NCBI GenBank assembly: GCA_043228905.1
Contig: JBHGNT010000006.1
Location: forward strand, 1,736,001-1,800,000
From: Azolla caroliniana
Taxonomy: Eukaryota; Plantae; Polypodiophyta
Length of the DNA stretch: 64,000 nt
Direction: 5' to 3'
Part shown: in pieces, positions 26,447 to 46,340 of the stretch
Position numbering within the stretch: the first letter of the stretch is position 1
How the letters are laid out: every line of letters starts with the position of its first letter
The notes under the pieces: generated by a model
Databases searched by the model: none
What the model was told of the DNA's origin: nothing
The model's input: only the letters and a program-made list of their open reading frames with translations
Translations under genes and position numbers: made by a program

Positions 26447-27445
26447 TTCTAATAATAATGATCAAAACTCCACTGTAAAAATTGATCTGCATAGAAACTA
26501 GTTCTCAATTCTTCGTAGATTAACACTAGATTATAAGGCAAAAATATCCAAACACTGATATCTACAGTACTTATCAAAACATCCTCGAGTTTCCCAAAAT
26601 GACCAGACACTCCGGATGTCTGTAGTATCAGATTTATGTGCTGCCAATAGGTATTCAGGTACTTCTTGCAAAGCTAAAGGGTATTCCCGTAAATACACAT
26701 GAAGTTACAGGCATTATATGGTTTTTGATCCTCTGGTTAGGTCATAAAATAGATATAAGAAAACCCTAGCTATCCATTTTCTAGACTCAAATACGCAATC
26801 TATAGAGTAGGAAACTGCCAAAACCCTAATTTCACAAAAGAAAAAAAAAAATGATAGATGCAAAAACCCTAGTTTGCCTACTTGACGCTTCTGTACACTC
26901 ATGTGGGCAATTTATAAGCTCTATGAAAGCCCTAAACATAAAGGATGGAAATTAGGGTTTGATGAGATCAAACCAGGAATTATATAGCGCAAAACCCTAA
27001 TTTACAGATTGGAGAATAGATGACCTGAGTATGAAAATCCTAACCCTAACCCTAACCATGAACATGACCCTATATATGGGGGGGGACAGAAACTAGCCCG
27101 GAAACTAAGGTGTGACGCGAAATCAAAACAGACGTCTCTAAGAGAAGGTGGAAACCTGTGAGCAGATTAGGAAATATATGAGCTGTCTCTGAAAATCCCA
27201 AACCTCACCGAGAGCACGACCCTGTCCATGACGACTACCCTAATACTAACTGATTATGGGAGAACAGAAACAGAAACTGACCTGGAAAGTAGAAGTCCTG
27301 CACCAGAAGACGGAGAAGAAGGGGAAGAAGAAGAAGAGATAAGGCAATTTTAACTTAAAACAAAGAAAACCTAAAAAACGCGGAAGAACGAGAGGAAGAG
27401 GAAGATAAATAAATAAATAATACATACATATATGCATGTGTGTAT

Positions 27446-27496
27446 TATTTATTTATTTATTTATTTATTTATCTATTTATCTATTTATCTATCTAT

Positions 27497-27559
<63 letters not shown>

Positions 27560-27560
27560 T
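27446..27560. repeat. (TTTA)n/(TCTA)n microsatellite
   Basis: Directly visible, upstream of the minus-strand gene. Confidence 0.95.
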
Positions 27561-29104
27561 GAAACTGACCTGAATGTTTTGAGGTATTTACAAGAATAGG
27601 GCTCACCTAAAATCAAAGACGAAGAAGAAAGAAGAACCTTATGTCCACGAAAGCAAACCTCAATAATTTACTGAAACACACACACATACACACACACACA
27701 CAAAATAAGGCGTTGCTTGCTCGGCACGTGAGTCTTGTGTTTTTTTTAAGTAAGGCATGCTCCACGAAATGTAAGGTTTTTTATACAACCCTTTATCATT
27801 CTATAATTAAGTTACTCTTTATGTTACGGATGTTGGAGGGCGATATATATATATATATATATATGTATAATATGAGTATGATGCGTTCGAAAGCACTCAT
27901 TTACGAAGAATATAGATGTCATAGTATGATCCCTACATCTAAGTTAGCCACATGCCACAAACATTTGATTGAATGAAAGGGGATCCATTCTCCTCCTCAC
28001 ATACACATGAACCAAGAATATATTCATCATGTGTGTATAATTACCATCATGTTGTTGCGATCACCTTATCGACAATTCAATAAATAGGAACACCCATTTT
28101 CTTGAAAACTACTCGGGACCATAGGGAAAATCCTCAAGCGCGTCTTTTCACACTATCATACTCATTGGTTCCAATATATCTTTCATAGGAATATCGACAT
28201 GCATAATCACGTTTTTGTCCTCAATACACTTTTGCACAAAACGTGAACATTGATGTTACATAAAAGAGTTTAAACTCTACATTTGTTCCAACCTCTCTAG
28301 GATGTCATTTTTATGCACCTTGGTAACCAACTATTTAGTCGTTGGTTAGTGTCACATCATTGTTATGTTAGTCCAATCCAAGTGGCATTCTTAATGTGGT
28401 TAAGAACAAACATGTTTTTGTGTGCAATGGTTGCCAGTCACAATTAAGAGGACGCAACATTCACAACAAAGCTTCTCACATAGAAGACACTACAATGGCT
28501 TACAACACGATTTTTGTATGATTTGACACACTAGTACTTTTGAAACTTGTCCTAATCTAATCTTTAGACAACGCCACTACATTGCAACACAATTATAGGT
28601 AATGACAACAAATTGTTTTCTTTAAAAAATATGTTAAGAACACATATTTTTGTACCAAACACTAGAATTTATACGGGTCCCATAAATTACAATGATGGCG
28701 TCCACAATGATCTCTAAGCTTACATTATCTAAGGATGTTGATGGAGGGAACATAATAATGATTAATTATTTGTATAATAAGGTGTTTTTCATGCTACGAT
28801 GATGGTATTGTGCATCACTCTAGTCATCCATGGGTAATTGGTGAAGTGTGTTAATGATGTGTGACAATTTGGAAAGCACATATGGAGATAACTATAGGGA
28901 GGATATGATGATAAGCTACGACTTTTGTTGAGTTCTTTGTAACAAATTACAATAAACAATTTATTTTTAGTAGCACTTTACACTATTACAAGGAGCTCCA
29001 TATGAGGTATAAAAATACCACAAAAAACCAATGGTGTATGAGGCTATGCACAAAAGCATTGAAAGAATATTTCAACAAGAGACGATGATGGAATGACTAC
29101 TTGA

Positions 29105-29385
29105 GAGACTCCTTCAAGAAGAAGAATTCATTTAGAGTGAGAGTGTTGATTAAAAACGTCATGGAGCAAGAGACAACAATGCAATGGCGCCCAAAGAGAA
29201 TGCTTGAAGAAGAAGAATTCATTTAGAGGGACATATCATGGTGCTAGAGATAATCATGCAATGGTTGTAGAAGAGAATGCTTGAAGAAGAAGAATTCAAT
29301 TTAGAGGGACATGTCATGGAGCTATAGACAATCATGCAACGATAGTCCGAGAGAATGCTTGAAGCAGAAGAATTCATTTAGAGTG
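29105..29385. repeat. Tandem repeat, about 75-90 bp x4
   Basis: GAGAATGCTTGAAGAAGAAGAATTCATTTAGAG..TCATGGAGC..GAGACAATCATGCAA repeated. Confidence 0.85.
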
Positions 29386-30589
29386 TTTGTTTGAAGACCT
29401 TAACAACATTATTTGTACACTTGAATGTCTCGAGAAAAGCAACATGCACTTCTCATTTGAGCTCATTGCTATTTTTAATGGAAAAGTCATTTCACCTTAT
29501 TGGGGGTGGCATTCAATTGAGTGCTTTGTCTAATGCCCAATTTCCCTTCCTCACATCTCTTAATTTTTCTAATTTACTTATTGAAATTTAAGCTAATGAA
29601 TAATCCACCACATATTGGTGAGGTAACAGGTTCACGCGTTACTACTTTTCAAATGTTCGAGAGATTCACGAGTAAAGTAAACATGCGTGCATTATAATCA
29701 AGTATGGAACCACATCGATTGAGACAAGCCTAATGAAGGTTGTAAGACTCCTAATTAGAGAGAAACTTTTGGGTCTAATGGTTACGCCTTTTATTCTCTT
29801 TCCCTATGTGCTAAAGTCCCATAATTTTGATTTGTTGCTTGCTATCAATTAGCATGGAATAAGGCGTGAAGACTAAGAACCAAGTAGTTTGCCTCTAATT
29901 AGATGTACGCCTCCCCAAACATGGCCACTATATCTTGCCTGCATTGAGTTTTCCCAAAATGACTAGCAAACTAGGATATATGAAGAAAACAATTTGCTTC
30001 TATTTCAAGGTTATTCCTTATTATATATGACACCCCCTAAAACTCAAACCTAAACCATAGATATTAGTTTGTGTAGAGTGCATTCATTAGTTATTCTCAA
30101 ACTTCGAGATACTTATACTATCGTAGGAAATGGTACATTATCGTGAAGAAATGTTCAACCATTATAAAAAAAATACCAACATTGTCAAGGTGGCATAAAG
30201 TTGGTGTCACATACTTGCTACGTGAGAACCTAAGAGTGTTAAAATGTTACATCAATGACAAAAATGTAAGAGTGCTTATTGACGACCATGATAATGCTTA
30301 GTGTGTACAATAAATTGACAAAAAAACTCAAGTATAATTGACAAAAATTTGGAATATAAGTTTTTTATTGGAAACCAATTACAAAAAGATATTGCGTGCT
30401 CTAGCACAATGCAATAGCATTACCTTTATTCGTTATAGAAGCTACTCGACACATCCTCACAAATAATTTCTTATTGATTCACCACACTACCATGTTGAAA
30501 TTTCGTATCTACACATTACAATGGTGTGATAAAGATTTTGTTTTCCAACATTAAGGTTTTGGGCTGATGGGTGGGGGTTCATCACAAGA

Positions 30590-30710
30590 CTCTTATAGTT
30601 TAAGTTCAAAATCATCACGGAGGTATTTACTCCTACATAAACATCACGGGAGTATTTACTCCTACATAAACTCCTATAGTTTAAGTTCAAAATCATCACG
30701 GGGGTATTAA
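30590..30710. repeat. Short mosaic tandem duplications
   Basis: TATAGTTTAAGTTCAAAATCATCACGG x2 and GTATTTACTCCTACATAAAC x2. Confidence 0.7.
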
Positions 30711-31131
30711 AATTCATTGGAGATGAAGGATTAGAACTCTTTTTAATATAGGATCATGATGGGCAATGGAAATGTCAGAGAGGAAAATAATGTTTGTCAA
30801 GTCCATGAAGCCAACTTAGACTTCGATTATTACATAATGTATTGCCTATATCATGGTGTTATCGAGAGATTATATATAACTTGATTGAAATAATTTTGTA
30901 ACAACTATAATTCATTCTTGAAGATAAGTTCAATGTGAGTGAAAGGTTCCTTTGTGGGGTTCTATAAAATTAGGAGGTTTTAAGGTTCTTGATGACTTTG
31001 GATGTTTCTTTTGCATAATTTTAAATGGCCACACATAGGGATAGTCATTAGATATGACAAATACATTATTTAAGGGGATTATCTACTTCCGTAATTTGAT
31101 AAAACTAGCTCTAGTAAAAAACCAAAGACAA

Positions 31132-32196
31132 GATAAATCATTAGGTTTCTTCGAATACTTGACGCGCTTGGGGAGAAAGTTAGGTTGGTATCGTGAGAAG
31201 TGTGCCAACAAGTGGGCCCATGTAGCTATCGATTCAGCCTTCATGGATAGAACCAAGGGCAGGATATGGAACTCATCCCTTCCCAAGCAGGTCAAAGTGT
31301 TTTTCTGGTTAATCACCCATCGGGCTGTTCCAACAGGAGAGTGGCTTGGGAATAGAGGTGGCATGAGTAGTTGCAAGGCCTGTAGTGCGAGCTTGGAGGA
31401 CATCGCACATTGTTTGTGGTGCTTCCCACGAGCCCAAGAAAATTGCCTGAGGAGCTTAAGAATCTTGGCTCGGTTCGGGGTTGAGGTTCATGTATTGAGT
31501 GCATCAATCACTTGGTTGGCCACTGAATCGGCTTTGTGGTTTCAAGGGTGGAATGGAAATGGTCCTTCTTTAAAGGTGATGCAAGGAATTGTACAACCAA
31601 CGCAAGGAGGTTCATTCTTCTTACATGAACGCTACGTGGACATATGGTTATTAGTGGTCAGCCTTACGGTTTGCCAAGTGTGGGTATCTAGGTGCAAGGA
31701 GACTTTCGCAGGTAAACGAACCCCACCGGCTAAGAATTTAATGATGATCTGGTTTAATCTCATTTCTACGTTACGAGGAGAGTTTGAAAGTCTTCAAGGG
31801 CCCTCTGACACAAGTGAAGAAGCTAGAGCTCGGTTCCTTCAAAATGGAGCGGTTCATCGATGCTGCAGATGGTGGATGGTAAAGCGAAGTGGAATTATCA
31901 ACCACCACGGTGGTTGTTCCCTCCGAGTGTACCTAACATCTAGATGGATGCTGCCATGAGAAGTGAATGGAGAACGTCTATGATGAATTTGGGTTGTATG
32001 AGGCTCACATGGAGAGTATGCGTTCGGGTAATGCTATACACATCAAATAATGTGGTGTTTTGGAGTTGTTTTTGTTGTTTCCTCTACACATATTGTTTTC
32101 TTTTGACATGCAAGATGGCTTGTGAGATATGAGTTGAAAATTATGCTATGTACATTGCCTTAACTAATGGAAGTAGTTTTTTTTTTGGAAAAAAAA
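31132..32196 (+). mobile_element. 5'-truncated L1-type LINE (zf-RVT region + 3' end), A-rich target
   Basis: IWNSSLPKQVKVFFWLITHRAVPTGEWL..CKAC..EDIAHCLWC is zf-RVT-like. It ends in an A-run, with a candidate TSD ACCAAAGACAA at 31121-31131 and 32199-32209. Confidence 0.85.
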
Positions 32197-33479
32197 GGAC
32201 CAAAGACAATACATACTCCCAGTTTAGGAATTGAGTTCTATTTACGTGAATAAATGTGTCACTATATGTTTCCATGCGATATGCATATGTGTGCTTGGAA
32301 ATAACATATACTATAAACAAGAACAAAGCCATGTTTTCATTGGAAAAGGGGATAAGTAATAAATATAACAAAAGGTACATAATTATTCGAAAGAAATCAA
32401 TGATTTGATCCGAGGATTCACAGGGAAGAGTGTGACATTACCCAAAAGGCACAATAAGGCCAATCCATACCCTTGGCATATGGTGGTATAAAGACCATTA
32501 GTTATGTATGTACCATGGACAAGCATACGATTTGTATGAATCACTTTGGTACGTATTGATACACCTATGCCATATGGTATCAAGTTATACACGTCATATT
32601 CTTTATTTTAATGTGTCTGAAACTTTTGCAATGTAATGGTTTCACATTGTACTTTAGCACGCAAACTCTGGGTAGCAATTGGAACAATGGTATGGGAGCT
32701 TGCATACATTTGAGTACTATAATTTCATGTTTTTTAATTTATCACATCATACAACTTTACACGATCCCCATTGAATATTGGATGGCCATGGGTGTACTTC
32801 AAATGCACTAGAGATGATACTGATACATTAACATGTAAGTGGGGCAACATGACATAGGAATAGAGACAATGAGAAAGAAAAAGACAAACAAGGACCGTGG
32901 GTTGTCATGTGCAATCCTTACATTATGAGTGGTGAGATTTGACCCTATGCATTGATTAAAATATGACTTACCAATAAGGTATGTGGGCTTAAGAGAGAGA
33001 CTAAATAGGGGCCTAAGTACAAAAGTTGTCTTGATGCTCGTCTCCTCCTGAAGAAGGGATATTCATACTTTGAAGCACAAGTCTCCATGTGCAAATAAGG
33101 CAAACACATACGAGCTCAACCTTCCAAGTGTGGCACTGAAGAGAGAGATACATGCATGCATAGACACACACAAAGCTCAAACAATTTTGAGATAATGATA
33201 AGATTGTTGAGTAGAGAGGGTGATCAATCCTTACACTCCACAATGGCATCTAGTGAATTAGTGAACTTGGCAAGACAAAACCCCATGTATATATGTTACC
33301 CAATATACTACCAAATTTATATCTTATTTGTGCAATATACATTCCTTGACGTATATTTAGTTTCTTAGGGCTCTCACGGTTTATCTTCTTCTATAATAGA
33401 GGAGATCACTTAATTTGATCATTCAAGTTGGTGAGTGGAGCTACATTTACCAGACTTTTCGCTATCTAGAGGATAAACA

Positions 33480-34075
33480 CTAAATGCATAGTTGTGGGAA
33501 TGAACCTATGAGCCTATTTGGTTGGCATCTCACTTATTGAGGTGTATCATAAGGCATTTTTTTGGCACCACTTACCGAATATTGTTTAGTTCAATGATCC
33601 AAAAAGCAACGACTTTTAGTGAATTTTGACATTATTACATGAGTGTCATTGCAATGTCCCCTTCCATTCACAACACGTGAGATGACAACTTATTTCAACT
33701 TTGTAGTTGGTGGGTTCTTGGCATTTGGCTTATTGAGTTGTATAAGAAGGTCAATATTGCACTTCCAATATAGTCCACTTCAATGACTTACAAGTTACAA
33801 CAACATTTGTTGGTGAATTTTGAGAATGCATAGTTGCTTACTAAGTAAATAATGGAACTTTATCTCAATAAATATGTTTGTACTCTAAGATCCCATTCAA
33901 ATGTAACTCTCAATCCGTATATGTCCCAAGTACTATATTCTCCAAAGAGTCAATTCCTTGTGCAAATAGCGGTTGGTACACCCTGAAGCTCTCATCCGCC
34001 CAGTACTTGGCCATGCACACTTCTTCAATGTGGGAGTCACTAAGGGTGATGCCTAGAGACACTTGCTAAATTTAG
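33480..34075 (-). mobile_element. Highly decayed Gypsy-like RT/RNase H relic
   Basis: Minus-strand HIEEVCMAKYWADESFRVY and ELHLNGIL resemble Gypsy RNase H segments. Many disruptions. Confidence 0.35.
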
Positions 34076-35486
34076 CAAAAAAATCTATGCTTGTAGACAT
34101 CAACAACACAACATTACACACCAAATCATATTGTTGAAATCTTGCATTGAAACAATGCTATACGAGACTTTAAACATCCCAATTAATTTGATCTAACATC
34201 TTCTAAGTTGATTTATAAACTTTATGATGTAGTCATAGAGCTTGACTATAAACATTCTTTCAAGATAATCCTCCTAAAATCAAGGTTTATGAACAACTTT
34301 ACATAAACCCGAGATTGGAAACAATATCATTGCATAACTAATAACCAGATGTTACATATAAACTATGATTCTTATTATACATGTATTATATCCTCATTCT
34401 CGAGTTCACTTTGTTATCGAAGAAAATAATCACTGTAGCACAAGACTACTAAATTTGTGCACCAAAAGCATCATCGATGAAAATGCTAAATAAAACTCAT
34501 ATAATAACAATAAACAATCCTTTATGCCTATTATTTTTGTCTTCTTTTTTTTTCTTTCAAAAATAGTTATTTTTGTCTTATATCTACCTAGGCAAAGTTT
34601 GCATCGGAACTATGCAATGCACTCAAATTGACTGGCACATCAATCAATGAAACGATAAGCTTGAAACTTTGTTCTTGACAACATTATTATGAAAAAAAGT
34701 AAACTTGAAACTTGATCAATGAACCCTTCTCAAAATTCTACAAGAAGATAGAATATATAAAAGTTTACCAAGAAACAAGGGTGGAGAAGAACATGATGTG
34801 GCAATTGTCACCGAAAACAACTCATACATGACAAGTAGGACAATCGAAAAGAGCCGGAAACCTAGTGACAATGTGGGATTTGAACTTGGTACTTGAGTGG
34901 AAAGGTTCTCATGGATAGATAATTTCTACATGCAATTTTTTTATTTATGAAGTAGAGTAGAGTTCAAATGGGGGGGAGGGGGGATACCCAAAACTAGGCA
35001 TGTTGCATAGCAAGAGCATCCCCAAGAGAAGAAGTCTTAGACCTTATGGGTTGTAAACTCATTGAGCTTTAGGTATTGGGGGGCCGACAAAAATGCACAA
35101 GAGATCGTCCACCTCCAGTTTTTACCGGACAAGTTAAAATGTTCGACCCCGAGTGGCGAAAGATAGAGGGGAGAGCTGCAGATGAAGGGGTTTCAAAGAT
35201 AAGGCAATGCTTATTGTATTGAATGTGAGTATCCATCCATCTGCATATGCAAATGCAAGAGAGGAAAAGAAAGGAGTGAGAGGCATTGACTTTTTGATAG
35301 GGGGGGGGGGGGGGGGGGGGGGGGCTGGGTTGTCACCTCCTAGGGCTAACTAAGGCTTCTTGGAACTTGAGACTTTGCTTGGATTGTAGGGGTACTAACT
35401 ACTATGTATGTATGTAAATATATACTACATACATATCTATATGTTCAGAATGTGTGTGTGTGTGTGTAGGAGTTGAAAGGAGGATA

Positions 35487-35602
35487 TAGGGTTAGAGTTT
35501 AGAGTTTGGAGTTAGGTTAAAGTTAGTAAAGCTTAATAGTCAGGCCATTAATGTTAGGGTTACAGTAGTTGAGGTTGAGGTTAGGGTTAGGGTTAGGGTT
35601 AG
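35487..35602 (+). repeat. Interstitial telomere-like (TTAGGG)-type repeats, with a 25-nt poly-G at 35300-35324 nearby
   Basis: Perfect (TTAGGG)3 at 35581-35598 among TTAGAG/TTGAGG variants. Confidence 0.7.
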
Positions 35603-36163
35603 ACAGGTGGATTGGAGCTTTGGAGTTAGTAGTAGTATGGGTGGGGTGGGGGGGGTGCATGAATGAATGAGTGAATGATGGGTGTCTATGGCAGGCAGAC
35701 ATTTGTACAAGAAAATGAGAGGCAGCATGCTATGCTCTCTCTCTCTCTCTCTCTGAAGAGGATGGGTGAGGAACAAAGAAGCATGACTGCTACTTTAACT
35801 ACTGCTACAGAGGAATTTCTTCTTCTTCTTCTTTTGAGACAAGAGTGAGTGAATATAATAATACTCTGTTCCACAGAAAAGAAGAAGAAGCAGAAAGCCA
35901 AACGTGAAAAAAGCTTCTCTTCCATTTGTATAGCACACACACGCCTTCTTCTCTTCCCGCCTTCTACCTCTCAAAGAGCCAAAAAAAAAACACCAGGGAA
36001 ACAGAGAAAGCAAGAAAACAGCTCTTAAAGAGTTATTCTAATGCTATACATATCTACTGTATTGTAGTAATTTGTATACATATACTGCTACTACATACAC
36101 ACACGCTCGTGGGTACTTTTTTTGACAAGGTTTTTTTCTTCCTCTTCTTGAGCCCTGCTCCAT

Positions 36164-36167
<4 letters not shown>

Positions 36168-36211
<44 letters not shown>
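36168..36211 (+). repeat. (GA)n microsatellite in the HIPP promoter/leader
   Basis: Directly visible; no insertion in it. Confidence 0.95.
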
Positions 36212-36216
<5 letters not shown>

Positions 36217-36473
36217 AAGAGAACAGGGGAGAGGCAGCTTTGTTTATTATCTTTTGGGTACTCTGCTGTCTCTCTCTCTCTCAACGATATAAAATTTCTT
36301 CATGACTTACTTATTCATGGCAGAAACCCTGTTCCTCAGATGTTGTTTTCCCTTCTCTCGTCTTTGAGTAAGAACCCTCCTCTGCTGCTTCTCCATTTCT
36401 TCTTTCTGTCTCTGTATCTCTCTGTCTCCCTCAGCCATAGAGGAAGCTCTCTGCCTTCTTTTCATTTACAACA

Positions 36474-38002
36474 ATGACAAAGGCAGACTCCTTCCAATTA
36501 CCAACCAAAAGAGAGGTCTCTGTATCATATACCACATAAATGCATTCAAACTGCATTCTCATTCATAGTCATATACACGTACTTATACCTAGACAACTTA
36601 TATGCAAGCTTATACATACACATACATGCGTACTGTATCTGCACGTTGCCTTGTCTCAACCTGTTCTCCTTGGTTTGCAGAATGTAGTGCTGAAGGTATT
36701 CATACATTGTGAACAATGCCAGAAGCAAGTCAAGAAGGTCCTTAAGAAGTTGGATGGTAGAGTAACATCATTTTCATATTTATTATCCCATTGATTAATG
36801 CATTTAGCATCACTAGCAATAACATCATGTAGCAGTATAACATGGAATCACTGGAAACGTTTTAGAATCATTAGCTATAATTAATGGCAGCTTTAACTTA
36901 GCACACAACAATTAATGGATATGCCTCCTTGCAATGTTATGTTATGTTATGCTAAGCTTAGTCTCTGCATTTTCAATGGCTAGAACACTGGGAATTGTAG
37001 GTCATTCCATTCTTAGGAGTTATGATGTACATATGCCTTGCTTTATGTAGCATGGATAGGTAATAGAATTATTAGCAAATAAAAATATAATTAAAATAAT
37101 CAATGACAACATCTAGATTCAACTGCCTTCATTAATGGAAGCATAATTATCAGCAAGCAATCACTGAAAATGGAAGGCTATGTCACGCCTTAACTTACCT
37201 TATGATTTCTCGTCATGTCATGTCATGTGATTTCATGCATTGCTATCTAATGTAATTTCATGCTATGCAAGGTCTGGTCATGTTATCTCGAGTGCCATGA
37301 TATATGGTCTGTGAGCTATGCATCTTTCATTGGTGAGCAATCAGAAGTTATGTGACACTTTTTACAGGGATAGAATCCATTGTGATCGATGCCGAGCTCA
37401 GCAAGGTATCAGTGGTTGGGACTGTCCCTGCAAGCACCCTTGTTAAGAAGCTAGGTAAAGCAGGCAAATTTGCAGCACCGTGGAGCCCTATCCCTGCCTC
37501 TTCCTTCATATCAGCATCAAATAGAGATCAAAAGAAAGATCACTTCCCCAACATCACAAACATTAACAAAGTTTCAGCGAAGCAGCTCCTGGATTATGAT
37601 ACCATCGCCATGCCCAAAATGAGTAGCACCCATGAGAACATCCCGAGGATTAGCAATTTTGCCAACAACTTGAATGAACAAAACAACAAGTATCTTAACT
37701 ACATGTTAGGGTCTGATCTGAATGATCTTAACAACAGTACTACTATTAACAGTAACAAGAAAGTTAAAGGGGGGAAAAGAGTTCCATTCGGAGGAGCTTC
37801 AGGTGTAGGGGTAGGAGGACCTTTGTTTCTTTCTCATCATGTTCATAATAATGACCTCTTCATGAACACTAATAATACTAATCATGCCATGGTATCTTCC
37901 AAGATCATGAGCATTTCGGGCTATAGGAACAGTATGGAGTCTGTAGAGTTTGCTACTAGCATGTTTAGTGATGAGAATGCCAATAATTGTAGCATAATGT
38001 GA
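36474..38002 (+). CDS. HIPP: Heavy-metal-associated isoprenylated plant protein (HIPP)
   Basis: Exons 36474-36515, 36681-36756 (VVLKVFIHCEQCQKQVKKVLKKLDG, HMA CxxC) and 37368-38002, ending FSDENANNCSIM* (CaaX prenylation motif). Confidence 0.93.
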
Positions 38003-39504
38003 ATCTGCCTAGCCTCATCCATCTCATCAGTTCACATCAACAGAACACACTAGAAAAAACAAAATATTTTAGTTTTCTTGGGTGAGCACCGAGTGCTGTG
38101 GTCTTACCTCCTTTGTTATTCATAGCATTGTTTTATAAGTCTGTTTTTATGTAAGTGCTTTACATGTCATATTTGCTTGACAATGCTGAAACTTTACAAT
38201 GTATACACAAGTAATTCAATCACTGATACTAGTTTCTTGTTTCAATCAGTCATAACATATACTAGTTAATGAGGGCTTCTGAGTAACAGTGTGTATCGTA
38301 GTAGTGATCTCAGTGGCTATCCTTGTGTAAGTTATATTCTCATAGATTCCCATGGGGTTGAACATATCCCTTTGGTAACGACCTTTATAAATTGTGATAT
38401 TGTTGTATAAATCTATGGAGTGTGATACCAAAATCTAAAGAAGATTAAAATGTCAGTACTTGTTTAACAGCATTCATGATTTACAGATTCTACAAAGTAA
38501 TTCTTGATGGGTACTCAAGGTACTATCAGAGAGGCCAGAGTTAAACTGTAATTGTGTTGACAAGTAATGCAAGTAACCCAGTTCTTGGCACTATTTTTCC
38601 TGTACCATTGCATTGCATTTCTCTTCTGACAGTGACTATCATAGGTCTACCTGGCTCAAGCAAAGTGATTACTCAAAAGCATAGGAAAAGGAAAAATTAA
38701 AGACACTTCAAAATCTTTACAAAAGTTAGTGATGTTCACATTTTTTTAATACATATACAAAACAATCCTCGGTTTTAATAAAACTGAGTCATGAAGTGAT
38801 AATCTTTTCAAATTAGAGAATTGTCATGTGCAGTGAAATTATGCAGCTTATACTTGTCTTTAAAAGCAAATGTGATTGACAATTGAAATTATGCCTCTTA
38901 CACTTGTCTTAACAGGCAATAGTGATGAACCAATAATGTTCATTGCAATCAATGTGGCTTGCTAAAACACTTGTGACAATGCAATGTGGCTGGGGAAGCA
39001 GCCAAAATCATCAATCAGTCTTGCAGGAACAAGTAGTGTTTATTGCATTGTAACCATACGTGCAGTGCAGACTAACCTTAGTTAGCAGTTTGTAAGGTCA
39101 AATTGAAGAAAGCATAAATCTGTCTAGAGAATAATCAACAATTAAGAGCGGTTCGTAGGTAGAATAGATAATTCAGTTCATTTCTAAATCACATGACAAC
39201 CCACGCACATATGCACAAATCACATAGCAAAGATAAAATTGCCTGTCAGCAAATAAACAGAAGATTAATTGACCACCCAATGAAGCCTGACCATGTATTC
39301 TTTAAGTCAAAAGTAAATTCCAGGAGAAAATTTGGACCAATGGAACCCATTCGCAAAAAGTCTGAATTGGTCAAGGCCAATCAAATAGTCTCCATCAGGA
39401 AATGTACAAACTCCTGTTCGGAATTGATCAAATAAATTATTTTAGACAAAATATGACTGAAAGGGTCCAACTGAAGCAAGTGGCATCTTTACAATTACAT
39501 CTCA

Positions 39505-45894
<6,390 letters not shown>

Positions 45895-45929
45895 GTTATT
45901 GTGATCAAAAGCCTAAATTAATAAGGCGT

Positions 45930-46340
45930 AAATACCTGTGTGATAGAGCTGCAAAACCCTAAATCTCTGTATAATAGAAAGGAAACGGCCTAAGCACCTG
46001 TAATATAGTAGAAAAACTCTAAAGTTGGTGGAGAATAGAATGGCAAAACCCTAAATCTGTATAGGATAGACGAGTAGATCGAGCGCCAAGCTAGCAAAGC
46101 TGTGACTAAATCTGTATCGACTATAAGTGAAACCCCCTTAAAAATGCGTATAATAGAATAGAAAACGCCTCAGCCTGTGTATCATGGAACTGGAAATATC
46201 TAAATCTGTGTACGACAGAGTAGCGAACCCTTAAATCTGTGCAGAATGGACCACCACAACCCTAGCGGAAGCCAGCAGATCAAGTCTCAAATCGCAAAAC
46301 CTGTGTAGAATGCAATTGCATAACCCTAAATCTGTGCAGT
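45930..46340. repeat. Telo-box-containing tandem array (about 35 bp) in the putative MAPK 5'-UTR intron
   Basis: Repeated AAAACCCTAAATCTGTGTA.AATAGA. Minus-strand donor near 46410 and acceptor near 45913. Confidence 0.7.

Noticed and set aside
29105-29385. CRISPR-like repeat/spacer appearance
   Set aside because: The 'spacers' are homologous to each other and there are no cas genes; this is a eukaryotic tandem repeat.
35040-35800. miR390-target/TAS3-like sites and a miR529/miR408-like hairpin
   Set aside because: Too many mismatches, no tasiR-ARF core, and the hairpin comes from CT/GA repeats with almost no loop.
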